A stretch of 64,000 bases of DNA. Origin: the human T2T-CHM13v2.0 reference genome, Homo sapiens. Shown here piece after piece: positions 1 to 13,820 of this stretch. Location of the stretch: assembly GCF_009914755.1 (NCBI RefSeq), contig NC_060947.1; one strand, given 5' to 3'. Position 1 is the stretch's first letter, and each line of letters begins with the position of its first letter. The position numbers were made by a program, and so were the translations under genes. A model generated the notes under the pieces. It ran no database searches, was not told the origin of the DNA, and saw nothing but the letters and a program-made list of their open reading frames with translations.

Positions 1-1139
1 TTTTATCACCAACAAGGATAGGCTATGCAGTCCTGCCTTCTGAGCCATTTATTGTTTCTTATCTGGTGTTATGTTTGACAACAAACACAGTATATAATTA
101 AACTCAGATTTTGTGTAAAAGCATTAGGTTGTAGCCTGGGGTGAGGCAGTCACAGAGCTTTTCACTTCTTGAACGATGTTAAATTATGATACACTTTCTC
201 TTATCTATGAATAAAATATTTGGATCATTTGCAGTATGGGGAGATAATCATCATCCTTTAGCAACTGAAGAACAGTATTCACAAAATGTAAGGATGACCA
301 ATAATATATGTATATTTTCCCCCAGGATTAATTCTAAGTGTTTAAACATGAGTCCACAGATTTTTGTCTTTGGAACATGTCTAAAAATCTTCAGTCTCTT
401 CACATTAAGTGTGGGTGAGAAGCCTCTACTGCTTTAAAATTGCTCTAATAGGGAGAAGATGAGGCAACTATCTAAATAATTTTTATATGTACTCAAATCA
501 ATTTTTAAATTTATGTCGCCCTTGTAAAAATAGTACCACCCTCTCTGAAATCACATCCTTATGCAATAAGCTTTTCGTTCCTTACCCCTATCTTACTATC
601 TTAATGTTGGGTTGGTGCCTAGATCAGAAAGGCATTTCTAACTACCACCATTTCATCCGAAAGGAATTTCCAAACTCTGTTACTCTTAATAGGAACTTGT
701 AGTTACTATGTAGCTATGTACCTATTTGCCTTCACAGATACCTACATGGACTATATAAGTATACTCTATAAAAATGCAAACATGTAAAAAACAGCCCAAA
801 TTTTTTTTCAGAAATTTCAGTATTATCTAAAAATTAAAAAATTTGACATATGCAAGTATAACTGAGAAAGGCTAATTAAAAACAGTAAAAATAAAAAAGT
901 TAACAGTCAAAGCACTTCTGAGTTAGCAAAGAGTTCATAAAGAATGAAATAAGTCATACATTTGGTGATTTCAAATATAGACTGTCTTATTAAATTAAGT
1001 GGTTTGGATTCATTGCATTCCAAGTCAACATAAATGATTTTTAAGTTGGCCTTGCTTTATACATCCTGAAGTCAACTTTCTCAGCACAGGAGTGGGAGAA
1101 GAATGTTGCTATCACCGTTTCTATTTAACAGTGTACCAG

Positions 1140-1540
<401 letters not shown>

Positions 1541-1639
1541 TCAGAAAGAAATAAAACTATCATTAGCCACAGAATATATGATTTTATAAGTTGAAAATAA
1601 AAATGAATCTGCAAATAAACTCATGATGAAAACTGGTTG

Positions 1640-3264
1640 TCTTATATGTGCTAAATACAAGGACAATGTAAAGTTGTCTTTCTTAAAAGATTATAAATTT
1701 TTAAATATTTTATATGATCCAAAATATCAAATAACTAGAAAAAAACACAACAGAAAATTAGAAAAAATTTAAAACTTCATTGTGAGTTATTTAAAGGAGA
1801 CCAAAATAAATGAGAGAAGTACAATGTTCATAAATTAAAGACATGAATTGTAGAGGTCAACTATCAAAAATTGATTTATAGATTAAATTTCACATCAGTA
1901 AAATTTCCAACAATATTTCTTGTGTATAACTTGATAAGTTGACTCTAAAATTTATATGAAAATTCAAAGGGCCAAGTATAGTCAGAATAATGTTGCAAAA
2001 GAACATGATGGTATAAATAGCTCTGCCAAATATCAATAACCATATAAACTTATTATCCAAGATTATTATAAAGCTATAGTAGTTAATATGATGAGTTAAT
2101 TATTGGGCACAATAGCTCAACAGAACAGAAAATAAAGCACGGAATGTTACTTTCACTCACTTATATATGGAAACTTGATTTATGAACAGAGGCTGCAGTG
2201 ATGAAAAGATGTAATAACAAGACTTTTTAAAATTAAATAAAGGGCAATAGAACAATATTAAAGTGTAAAAAATAATTGGATACCATACACCACACACAAA
2301 TATCAATTCCAGGTGTATTAAGCACCAACATTTGTAAGAAAAAACAACAAAGCCATTTAGAGACAATGTTGTAGATTTTTATGACAATATAGAAGGTTTG
2401 AAAAATTAAATTACATTTAAAAATTCTATTCATCAAAAAAATCATAAAGAACATTAACAAATAAGCCACAGAGTGAGCATAGATATTTACTGTGCATATA
2501 ACCAACAAGAATATATAATAAACCTATATCGATTTTAAAAAAAGAACAGGTAACAATGCCAACTTCTAAAAATGGGCAATTGACTTGAATGAAACTTCAT
2601 AAGAAGAAAATCAAAATGGACAATAACCGTATGAAGAAGTGCTCGACCATATTCAAGATCAAGAAAATACAAATTAACAGCTCAGAGTGATAAACACCAC
2701 TAGAAGGATGAAATTTCAAATGTCTAAATTGACTAACTGGTTCTTTTAATGTTCTCATCCATTCTCAATTAAAAATATGTAGAGTGCTATTAACAAGGTG
2801 AATTTATTTAATCCAATAAGAATCATCTAAAAAACTATAAAGTATCATTCTTAATGGTAAAATATTGAAAGCAATCACTTTAAGATAGGAAAGTTCATAT
2901 TCCCCTGGTGAGAGTATAAGCTTGTAAAACCACTTTGGAGAATAATTTGGAAATTATCTAATAAAATTGAGGGAAATCATATCCTACCACTCAGCAATTT
3001 CACTACTCCTTTTATGTAAGAAAATATATGCAGTACCATTCATAACAGCCCCAACAGAAAAAAAAACCCACATAGCCATCAAAAAGTGTATAATTGTAGA
3101 ATTATAGTATATTCATATAAACATCACACTATGAAGCAATAAAAATGAAAGAAACACAAGTATACACAGCAACAGGAATACATTTTACAAACATGATATT
3201 ATGCAAAAGAGGCTAGGCTCAAGAGAACACATATATTCAAAAGTGTATAAAAAGCCCCAAAACA
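1640..3264 (+). mobile_element. Old L1 (L1ME-like) degraded ORF2 3' end and 3'UTR
   Basis: Diverged L1 phrases (aaaatttatatgaaaattcaaagggccaag, ttataaagctatagta, aaccactttggagaataatttgg); 3'UTR resumes after 7292. Confidence 0.7.
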
Positions 3265-3273
3265 TGTCCTTTT

Positions 3274-3644
3274 AAAAAACTTAACAACTTAATTGAGCAA
3301 AGAATGATTCATATATCAGGCAATCTCCCAAGCCAGAATAGTCTCAGAGTGCAGCCACGTGGTAGAAGAAGATTTATGGACAGAAAAAGAAAAGTGATGT
3401 ACAGAAAATGGAAGTGGTGTACAGAAACAGCCAGATTGAATAGAGTTCAGTGTTTGCCTTATTTGAAATTGGTTTGAACAGTTGACGGCCTTTGATTGGC
3501 TGAAACTCAGTGATGGGCAGAAGAGTAGGTTACAGTCAGTTTACATGTCCACTTAGGTTACAGTTTGATAAGTATGGAGAAAACTTTAGGCAGAACTTAT
3601 TAATAAAATATGTGAGGCAGCTTTAGGCTAAACTTACTTTAACT
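3274..3644 (-). mobile_element. MER57-family (MER57B-like) ERV1 3' LTR, terminal U5 segment missing
   Basis: Minus strand begins agttaaagtaagtttagcctaaagctgcctc, contains CCAAT, aaataaggcaaac and ctttgctcaattaa; preceded by polypurine tract ataaaacggggggaat (3645-3660). Confidence 0.8.
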
Positions 3645-4475
3645 ATTCCCCCCGTTTTATCATCCTCTTAGTTTTGATAGACCAAAACTTTAAGCATTGA
3701 TGTCACTCTGTCACCATTGTAAATGCACTTATTTGGTCTCAAATCCCATTGGAAAATAGCAAAACAGTGGGTTTTGTAAGGTGGGGACAAGGACTTTATG
3801 TGATTAGTTTTTAAATGTTTAGAGAAGAGGTTAAGTTTTGTGTTGTAATCTCTGATTTACAGGAGAAAAACCCTAGTCTGTTTTAGGATCTATCTGTTTT
3901 GCTAAAGTTTTAGTTTGATTATGTCACATTTAGCATAAATGACTCCAATTTTGTTCGGTTTAGTCTGCTGGGGCCTAGAACATGAGCTCAGTCCAAAACA
4001 ATGGCTTCCCATAATTTTCTTTAAAAATTTTTCACTTTTGGTAAGGTTCTCATTTAGATGACAGTGTAACCAAAACATAGGGCCTTAGCGTCACTCAGTT
4101 ACTATCATTTTGGGTTCCTGGCCTCAGCACATCACTGATGAGTTATGGTGTCCTCATGGTCACACATCTTTTTTTGAGTTTATGCCATTATAGTCAAAGA
4201 GAGACCTTGACATTCTAGAGATGGCTGCATGCAAATGTCTAAAGCTTTTGCAAGAATAAAGCACACCAGGGAAACTACTATTATGACTATCAGGAAGATA
4301 ATACCAAGTGTTTGGAGCATGTACACTAGCCAGGATCTCCATAAACCAAATCAACTAAAATCAAACAGATCAAAGAATGAGCTATATAGAATACACTTCT
4401 TTTAATCAAGCAGCCTGTTCATTGATCCCCTATAAATGAGCCTCTAAAATACTTCATGTATTCCTCCATGTGCAA

Positions 4476-4727
4476 CTAGAACTCATTAATAACTGCACAG
4501 CCACTTCTCTGTTTAACCAGTAAGTAAAGTAGAGCCATTATATTATTTAGCACAAGTTTAGCAACAGAATTTAAAATGTGTTGTGTGATCATAGCCTTTA
4601 CAGTATAATCTGCTATACAACTTATTATGAAGGATACATTTCTAATCATTGTTTCATTTACTCCAAACCATGAAAAAGGAGGCCTAACACATGATGCCCA
4701 TCCAGAAGACTGAAAGCCTTCTGACAC
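4476..4727 (-). pseudogene. Degenerate ERV env transmembrane subunit (heptad, immunosuppressive domain, start of Cys loop)
   Basis: LNSVAKLVLNNIMALLYLLVKQRSGCAVIN resembles gamma-type TM motif LNSLAxVVLxNRxALDxLLAxQGGxCA; core ISD residues are mutated and a stop follows. Confidence 0.8.
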
Positions 4728-4993
4728 TGTTCTCTTTAATCTATGATGAAGGTTAACAGGAGTGGACCAATGTTATATTTCTGACTGATTATGAAGCAAC
4801 AAAGGTATCATTTCTTATCCACATTGGCCCTTCATATTTTAGCTATCAAGGCATATGGTTGTCCACATATAAGGTTGGCTAAAAAATCCTGCACAAATAA
4901 AAGTATACCTTATGAATGAATAAGAGGGACCTCATTTTCGGTTCTATTGTTCGTTGAGGCATAAGCAAGGGAAAATAATGAGAAATAAGAGTT

Positions 4994-5765
4994 TCATGAT
5001 AGCAGAGAAGTATTGATCTGCAATCTTGGGATAAAACCAGTCCAGGTCTGGGATGACGTCTGCTTCTGGGGAGAAATTTCCCTGGGTTCCTTTACCTTAA
5101 GGTCTCCAATCAACATACAGAGAAGGGTCCTCCTGAGTTGTGAGATTCCAACCCCAAGTTTCAAGGTCCTGAAATTTGGCGGCAGTGTGGGTGGCAAGGT
5201 CAGTCTTTCTCTGATGTCATTCTCAGAAGACCCAATATCCAGGTTCTAGATTGTGAATGGTTCGAATGTGCTCAGTCAGTGGAACATGTAAAGCTTTCTT
5301 TACCTGGTGAAAATGCATTTTGGCACATTGCATTAAAGCCTGGTAGCATTTAGTCATATCAGAGCTTACAAGCAGAAGATACATAAGTTTCTACTATTAG
5401 GTACATAGGCCTTTCAGTGACTATTTTACAAGTTATCAACTTATTTTTCCACAGGAAGTGAATCTGTCATTAATCTACAATACCTTTGATGAAGGTAAGC
5501 CAGTCAATTCAGTTAGCTTTGCTTAATGCTATCGTATCTGTAATACCTTATTTAACTGTTTTACAACTTTTCTAGTGAAACAAGTACTTCTATCACTAGA
5601 GATTTCTTCAAGAACATCCCATGAGGAAAACATATTTCCTAATAATGTTTCAGCTATCATTATAACATCAGCCCTCTTGTGAGGGAAAGCTTTTATATAA
5701 ACAGAAAACATGCATCGAAAATGACAATGGAAAGAAATCCTTCTATAAATGCTTAGTTGGCCCAT
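4994..5765 (-). pseudogene. Degenerate ERV integrase core and C-terminus
   Basis: CMFSVYIKAFP...EEISSDRSTCFT resembles rve core (EAFP...ISSDRGTHFT); ISQLRR resembles C-terminal WxHxSQL; frames are broken. Confidence 0.75.
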
Positions 5766-6866
5766 CAGCTATTAGAGATGTACCTGAAGTTTGACTGTTT
5801 TCCCAGGATTATGGGTTTGACAAACCAAACAATGGTCAAAAACCACTTTAGCAATTTAGAAGTTTCTACATACATATACATGCATATATATATATAGTGA
5901 CTTCTAAAAATATATATATTCAATTTGAATCATCTTATTTCTTTCATAATGAGTCATGGAATGCAGAGCTTTTAATAATGAAAGCTTTAAGGACTCACGA
6001 AAGACCACATAGAGTCATCCAGTTTCTCTATGAGTCCACACTTAATATTGGAATTATATCTTAAATACAAATTTTACTTCTCCAATTTAGGTGTGTACTA
6101 TTTATCAGGGTTATCATAGATAATTTGACTTGGATCATAAGTTTATTAAAACTGAATATCTAAACATTTTCAGTACTGGTAGACTTAGCATAAAAATCTA
6201 GCGAGGTATTTACTTGGTATTCAATTAATTTTTGTTCTGCTGGGGTTAGCAGTATTATCAACCAGTCAGTCTTTTTATTAGAGTTAGGGGAATTGTTACT
6301 CAGTCCAAATGATATAATCCTAAAGTTATCAGAACCTTGTATTCAGGAGCACTTGTCAGGGTTCTTTCCATCCTTTCATGAACCTCCCTGAAAACACAAT
6401 ACTCTTAAGATTTTACTTGTTAGTGATGTTTTCAAAAAGTGCATCAGAATTAAGCGATTAACTGTGGAAAGAACTTAAAATAAGCATAAAGACACAAATG
6501 CCAACAAAATTTTGTGACTTTGTGGCCTACATAATTTAACATAATAACCATAATTACAACTGATAACATGTACCCAGACATCATCATTTTAGGAATCACA
6601 TACAATTTTGGAACACATATTAATAACATATTCAATACAATACATCTCAAAGAAGGTTAAACAACATTTCTTATTTGACAATGCTTTCCAAGTAATTGAA
6701 CATATCAAATAATGCTTTTTATCTCTCTATCAGATGTTGCAGATGCCCTCCATAACATTCTGAAGTTAACAATTTAAAAAACAAAAGACTTAATTTTGTA
6801 GTTGAAATCTGACTTTGGGAGGCTTGTCAAATATGTCAAAAGTTTACAACACTTGTCAAAAACATC

Positions 6867-7292
6867 TCTTAAAGTAGACTAATTTTGGTCCAGCATTGTC
6901 TAGGTACTTTGAGCTCCTATGTAGCAAACTGCAACCTAACCGAGTATGTAAACATACTGCATCCTAATTTAAGGATATATTTTAGTAAGGAGTAGCTGAG
7001 TCTCAGCCAATCGTAACAGCCAAGTTTCATCCAATCACAGGCTACCAACTGATCAGATCATGTACATAAAAGTCAAAGACCTCCTTACATCGTGCTTAAA
7101 TAAGGCAAATGCCAAGTTGTAATCAATCAATTTGTTTCTGCATGTAACCTCCTTTTTATGTCTATAAATGCTACTTGTCCATGTTATTGGGCATTCTCTG
7201 AACCTCTCCTGGTTGAAAGTGATGCCCAATTCATGAATTATTCTTTGCTCAAACTCTGCTTAATTTAATTTGTCGAAAGTTTTATTTTAACA
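6867..7292 (+). mobile_element. MER57-family solo LTR, different subfamily and opposite strand to the LTR at 3274-3644
   Basis: Starts tcttaaagtagactaa, two CCAAT boxes (about 7007 and 7032), aaataaggcaaa, ends aatttaatttgtcgaaagttttattttaaca. Confidence 0.78.
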
Positions 7293-7550
7293 CAGGGAAT
7301 TATAAGAATAGTGTTTAAGGATGTGTGAATCAGTAGCAAAACTATGAAGAAAGTAAAGAAGCAATTTTCACCAAAAACAGAAGTCTATTAATCCTTAAGG
7401 GAGATAAAAAGTTTGTGATAAAAAAGATGCTCTATTTCCTGAACTTAGTTATGGTTACTGGATGTTCACTTTATAATCAAATGCTAAACTAGACAAATAT
7501 TTTATATAGTTTTCCTTATATGCGTTATACTTCACAATAAATGTGTTTAA
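7293..7550 (+). mobile_element. Continuation of the L1ME 3'UTR interrupted at 3264
   Basis: gtgtttaaggat...aaaactatgaagaaag...ctatttcctgaacttag continues the L1ME 3'UTR. Confidence 0.65.
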
Positions 7551-7654
7551 AACAAAAAAAATTTCCAGTTCAATGTATTACCAAGATTTATCCTAGCCCA
7601 ATAATCTTGATACATAGCTGTTGGACATTCACGTCTTCTTAAAAACACAAAGGA

Positions 7655-10400
7655 GATTTTCTTTCTAAGACAATGGGTCGGAGACATTATTAGCATGCCT
7701 CTCCCACTTGGGAAGACAAAATGGTGTGTGGAGATACTTGTTGTGAACTTTTTTTCGAGAAACCACACAAGAACTTAATAGAAAAACTAAAAGAAACCTC
7801 AGACCCTTTGCAAAAAGCAACAGGCAGGAGCATACACTATAAACCATGCAGAAAACTATGAGTTTGCAGAGCATCAAAGGGAGAGAGACTCCCTCCATGA
7901 CACACCATCTCACAGGGAGGCCAGGTAACCCAGGCCATGGGGTAATGCTTTAATCCTACCCAGTACTAGAGCTGATTCATTGAACAGTGTGAAGTATATA
8001 GAGCAGCATCAGGACATGCTTTGCATGTACTCCACGATTCCAGTGGTGATGGAGAAAAGTGACTCCTGATCTTATCTCATAGGGGACCTTGTGGAAGTCT
8101 GCCAGCTAAATCAGGCTGTGGTCACAGGTTGAGAGAAGTTCTCAGTTGAAATTTGTGATATATTCTTGAGTGGGGATAAATCCCCTTGGCCAGAACCAAG
8201 GGGCTAATGGGAAGTGTTCTATAGCTACAGGAGCTGAGTGCCCTTGCTTCGTGGTTGGACTTGGAGGGGCACGACCTGAAAGCTGTCATTTCTGACTTGA
8301 TGGAGAAGGCTTATGGCCTGAGGCAGTTTTGAGTTTTAAGTGCAGGCTGCCTGTTTCCCAGCTAGCTGCTGCTAGCAAAACAATGTGGATGTGGAACCTG
8401 CCTTGCCATATGCATGGGAGTTGAATGGGTCTTACTGCCACCTGCTACTCTCTGCTCCCTGTGTGGATTCTTTTGTGGAGCAGAGACAGCTGCATTCTAC
8501 CTTAGAACATTACTCCAGTGGCCAGGGAACTTCCATCTGATTCTTATTGGGGCTGCTGTTTGTACCCAAACATAGGGAACCAGAGTGTGGACTTGCCTGA
8601 CTCAGCACCAACTTGGCTTTTTCCCTCCACACACCCTAGTAGCATAACACAATGGTCAAAGACTTTTGGGAACTCCGTGGCTCCAGCCATTGCCTAAAAC
8701 ACCGGAGTATGTCCCTTGGATAACATAAGGCAAACACAGATCCCAACAGTGCCATTGCAGCTGTAACTCCTCTGCACCACCTCCCGGCTGAAGGCCAAGC
8801 AGCACAGCCCATTACAACTGTGGGCACAATAACACAGCCCTCAAGAGCAAGAAAACTTTTTCACGACCTCAGCTATCAGCATTGCCTGCATCATACTGGA
8901 TAACCAGGAGGTCTTGAGTTTGGCCATGTGCCCAGTACATTATTATTGAAGCTGGCATTTAAGAAAGCCAACATAGTTAGGCTATTTACAACCAACGAAA
9001 TCTCACAGAGTCTACATCACTCCCCTCCCAGCCTCAACAGAACTTCTGCTGGTACGCACTCTAAGAGACTACAGGACAGGTTAAATAACTAGATCCCCTG
9101 CAGACATTCTCCTAAACGAGCCTGGAACGTGGCAACCCCACTGGGTAGCTACACCCAGAGGAGCAGCAGCATTCACAGTAGTCTTGCCCTCAGGATTTCT
9201 ACTCCTAGGAAAAGAAGACATGTATCACAGTAAGGGAAAATCCAGCGGGACAAAGGAGACCAGACTGTGATCCTTGAGTCCCTGAACTTTCCACTTGTGG
9301 ATAGTTTCTTCCCATAGGCACAGATGCAGTGCTGGGCTCAGTGGAGAAAGTCTGCAGGTCTAACCCAACAGTCAGGCATCCCCGGTGCTCATGAAGGGTC
9401 TTGGAGAAGGGTACTACTTTTCCCCCTCACCCAGTAATACGGACACAGCTGGGGCTTCTCAGATGGAAGCTAAGCATGGGTGCATCTGCAGACAGCCTTT
9501 CTGGAACATTTCAGGGTGACTGCATCCCCACAGGAATAGTGCACTCCAGGTTCACGCTTGCACAATAGGTAGAGTCAAAATCCCTCTCTACGTGGAAAAT
9601 CACAACTAAAACACTGTGTCAGGAAAGTGACTGGAAGCTGGATTGCTGTCCAGCTGGCCTGGAAGAGAGGCTGTGGCAGCTCCCTCCCTTCCCTCTAAAT
9701 AGACTTCTGTTCATTTTACTGAGAGTTTCCCCGGTTTCCTCTGTCAAAACTGGGACATTGGCCCACCATTCAGATTTTGCATTTACCCACCTGCTTTAGC
9801 CATAGCGGGGTTTTACCCATGGGCACCTCCTACTTTCCTGAAGCTGAGCTGTTTAATCCTATGAATGAAATATGGGCATTTTTTTTTAAGTACACACCAC
9901 TTGATAATGAGATAAGCTTCCCGAGACTTCGTCCATTATAGCTCTAAAAGAGAATGAACCTGCTCACACCCCCAGCATGTTGCCACCATAACTACCATCT
10001 GAGAAAGCCATTGCTCAAAGATTCTCCATAGCCAAGGAACACATTCAGAATCTGTCTCTGAAATCAACTAGAGCAAAAGCTAAGTGACAATAAACTATAA
10101 ATATTAAAGTCACATTCTCTAGGAGAAAAAAAAAAACCAGTCAAATCAAAAATAAATTCAAAAATAATTAGGAGAAACATTTAATCCAAATGAGAAGAAA
10201 CCAGAAAAATAATTCTGGCAATATGAAAAAACAGAGTTCTATAAAACCCCAAAAGATCACACTAACTCCAGCAGTGGACACAAACCAAGATGAACTTTTT
10301 GAAATATCAGAAAAGGAATTCAAAATTTTATTACATTACTCAAAGAGATGCAAAAGAAAGGTGGAAACCAACAACATTTAAAAAAAAATTTAAAAACAAT
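7655..10400 (+). mobile_element. L1MA/L1PB-type 5'UTR and start of ORF1
   Basis: About 2.5 kb GC-richer 5'UTR followed by ORF1 N-terminus MRRNQKNNSGNM at 10190, frameshifted soon after. Confidence 0.8.
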
Positions 10401-10404
10401 TCAA

Positions 10405-10598
10405 TTCCCCACTTTACTCAGCACTTCTCCTTCCTGCTGCCATGTGAAGAAGGACCTGTTTGCTTCCCCTTCTGCCACAATTGTAAGTTGCCTGAGGTCT
10501 CCCCAGGCCTGTAGAACTGAGTAAATTAAACCTCTTTTCTTTATAAATTACTCAGTCTCGGACAGTTCTTTATAGCAGCATGAGAAAGGACTGGTACA
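10405..10598 (+). mobile_element. THE1D/MST-type MaLR LTR, 3' half only
   Basis: gccatgtgaagaagg...attaaacctcttttctttataaattactcagtctcgg...ggactggtaca terminus. Confidence 0.85.
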
Positions 10599-10915
10599 GT
10601 AGTGGAATGTGGGAAATCAGGATACGAAGTGGATACAAAAATATAGTTAGATACAATGAATAAGATTTAGTATTTGATAGCATAATAGGGTGACTACAGT
10701 CAGCAATAATTTGTTTTACATTTTAGAATAACTGACAGAGTGTAACTAGAATGTTTATAACACAAAAGAATGAAGAATTGTTGAGGTGATGGATACCTCA
10801 TTTACCCTGATGTGATTATTATACATTGCATGCCTGTATCAAAATATCTCATGTACCCCATAAATAAGTACGTTTATGATGTACACATGAAAATTTTTAA
10901 ATTTTAAAATTAGAA
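10599..10915 (+). mobile_element. L1MA2/3-like 3' end
   Basis: tagtatttgatagca...agggtgactacagtcagcaataattt...ccctgatgtgattatt...atctcatgtacccca. Confidence 0.82.
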
Positions 10916-11559
10916 ATGTCATGTTGTAATAATTAAATGTTATATATGGACTGTGCTGTAGATGCTGCAACTTACCACTTACCTTATGAGTTAATTTACT
11001 ATAGAAAAAATAATAACTACATCCATGTAATATCTATATATTATGTGATAGATTATTGTAGGTTCTTTCTATGATACTAAAAATCGTGACCCTATCCCAT
11101 GTCTATTCTTCTTGTCTCACAACTATCTTCTTCAAACACCTGCTGCTGTCTGCTTCTTTACCTGAGAGGTTTCTCCTGCAGCTGAGCTTATTCAGCATAA
11201 AGGAATAGCAACACCAAGGCGGGGAGATTTAATTATCACAGAGTAATCTTCAAAGGCAAAGACTAGAAAGATTTTTTAAATAAATACATATAATTATGTT
11301 GCTTTTTGCTAATATATCTGTATCTTACTACTGTCTATAATAAAATGAATAAATTATATTAATGAATAAGCCTGTTTGATTACTCCAATATGTAATTTCA
11401 TGCATAAAACTTCAATCAAAGGAAATAAAAAATTCTAATTAAGGAAGTGATGAATTCTTTATTTATGTTCTCTCAATTTCTTAAATATCACATTGGAAGG
11501 TTACTTTGAGAATACTGATAGGATTACTAGCTTCCAAAAATAGCATTTTAAAAATGTAA

Positions 11560-11784
11560 GACTTCAATTTTCTACACCAGAGTGCAAAGTGCTTAGAAAT
11601 TTTCACTCAACCCTATCTACAAGGAAACAGCTAAACAAACTAAAAAATCAACAACTTCTCTTAGAACGGTGGGGAAAGAGAAATCCACAACTCCAGCCCT
11701 CTTCAATAATTCTGCCTTACCTAAGTGGGAGTGAGGAAAGCTGAGAAGCTCTTCTGAAGTTCACAGTCCAGAGGCTCAGGCTCA
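11560..11784 (+). mobile_element. Probable old L1 5'-region fragment
   Basis: aaacaaactaaaaaatcaacaacttctcttaga resembles L1M 5' ends; short and diverged. Confidence 0.4.
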
Positions 11785-13820
11785 GCCAGAGCAATCCGGC
11801 AACAGAAAGAAATAAAAGGCAACCAAATTGGAAAAGAGGAAGTCAAATTTTCTCCGTTTTGTATTCCACAATCTTATACCTACAAAACCCTAAAGGCTCC
11901 CCAAAGAGACTCCTAGGTCAAATAAATGGTTTCAACAATGTTTCAGGACACAAAATTAATGCACAAAATTGGTAGCATTTCTATACATCGATAATATCCA
12001 AACTGAGAACCAAATTAAGAACTCAATTCCATTTACTGTGGCCATACACAGAAAATAAAATACCCATGAATACATTTTACTGAGGACATGAAATATTTCT
12101 AAAAGGAGAGCTTATAAAACACTGATGAAAGAAATTGTAGATGGCATAAACAAATGGAATAACATCCTAAGCTCATGGATTAGAAGACTCAATTTCATTA
12201 AAATGACTATACTTCCCAAAACAATCTACAGATTCAATGCAATTTCTATCAAATTACAAATAACATTTTCAACAGAATTAAAAAACATTATTTGAAACCA
12301 AAAAAGAGCCCAAATAGCTAAAGCAATTTTAATCAAAAAGAGCAAAGCTGGAGCCATCAGATTACCTGAGTTTAAATTACACTACAAGGCTAGAGTAACC
12401 AAAACATCATGGTAGTGACAAAAAAATAGACACATAAATCCATTGAACATAATAGAAAACCCAGAAATAAATTCACATACCTGCAACCAACTGATCTTCA
12501 ACAAAGTCAATGAAAATAAACAATGGATGAAAAAACACTCTATTCAATAAATGGTACTGAGAAAACTGGATAACCTTATGTAGAATAATAAAACTGGACC
12601 CCTATCTCTAATGATATACAAAAATCAACTCGGAATGGATTAAAGATTTAAATTTAATACTTGATACTATAAAATTCTGGAAGAAGCCTAGGAAAAACTC
12701 TTTAGGACATTGGCTTAGGCAAAGAATTTGTGACATTTGTGACTAAGACCTCATAGGCAAGTGCAAATAAAAAACTGAAATAGACAAATGGGACTTAATT
12801 TAAGAAAGGAGCTTCTGCAGAACAAGATAAATAATAAACACATTAAACAGACAACGTACAGAATGGGAGAAAATATTTGCAAATTATGCATTCAACAAAG
12901 GACTAATATCCAGAATCTACAAGGAACTCAAACAACTAAACAAGAGAAAAACAAACAAACAAAAAATTAAAAAGTGAGCAAAGGACATAAACAGACATTT
13001 CTTAAAAGAAGACATACAAGTGGCCAACAAACATATGAAAACATGCTCAACAAAACTAATCATCAGATAAATGTGCACAAAATCCCCAATGAGATATCAT
13101 TTCACAGCAGTCAAAATGGGTAACATTAAAAAGTCAAAAAAAAAAAAAAAAACCAAAACAAAACAGATTTTGATGTGGATGCAGAAAAATAAAGCAACAC
13201 TTACACATTGTTGTTGGAATTGTATATTAGTACAACCTCTATGGAAAACAGTATGAACATTTCCCCCAAAATTAAAAATAGAACTACCATTCAACCCAGA
13301 TATCTCACTAATGGGTATCTACCCAAAGGAATAGAAAGCATTATATTAAATAGACACTTTCATTTATATATTTATCACGACCCTATTCACGATAGCAAAA
13401 TCATGGACTCAAGTGTCCATCAATAGATGATTGGGCAAATGTTGTATATATATACCATGAAACACCATGTAGCCATAAGCATAATAAAATCATGTCTTTG
13501 GCAGCAACATGGATGCAACTAGAGTTCATTATCCTAGATGAAATAACTCATAAACAGAACAACAAATACTGCATATTCTCACTTATAAGTGAGAGCTAAA
13601 CAATAAATACATGGGCACATATAGATGAATAGAATAGACACTTGGGACTCTAAAAAAGAGGGAGATAGATGGGGGTGAGGGTTGATAAATTATCTATTAG
13701 GGACAATGTTCACTGTTTGGGTGATGGGTACACTAGAAACCCAAACTTCACAATTATGGAATATATCCAGGTAACAAACGCATATAATTACCTCCTGAAT
13801 CTAACATAATAAAAATAATA
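11785..13820 (+). mobile_element. L1PB3/4-like, 5'-truncated (ORF2 3' half and 3'UTR)
   Basis: agccagagcaat...; 3' end gggtgatgggtacactagaaacccaaac...atatatccaggtaacaaac; A-rich tail. Confidence 0.88.

Larger units (their letters stand above)
3645..6860 (-). mobile_element. MER57/MER4-group ERV1 internal region, 5'-truncated, with integrase and env remnants
   Basis: Polypurine tract adjacent to the LTR; degenerate integrase and env TM peptides; AT-rich MER4-group-like internal sequence 5900-6860. Confidence 0.78.

Noticed and set aside
186-437. 83-aa ORF with internal splice-like signals
   Set aside because: No recognisable homology; the next acceptor is too close to the donor
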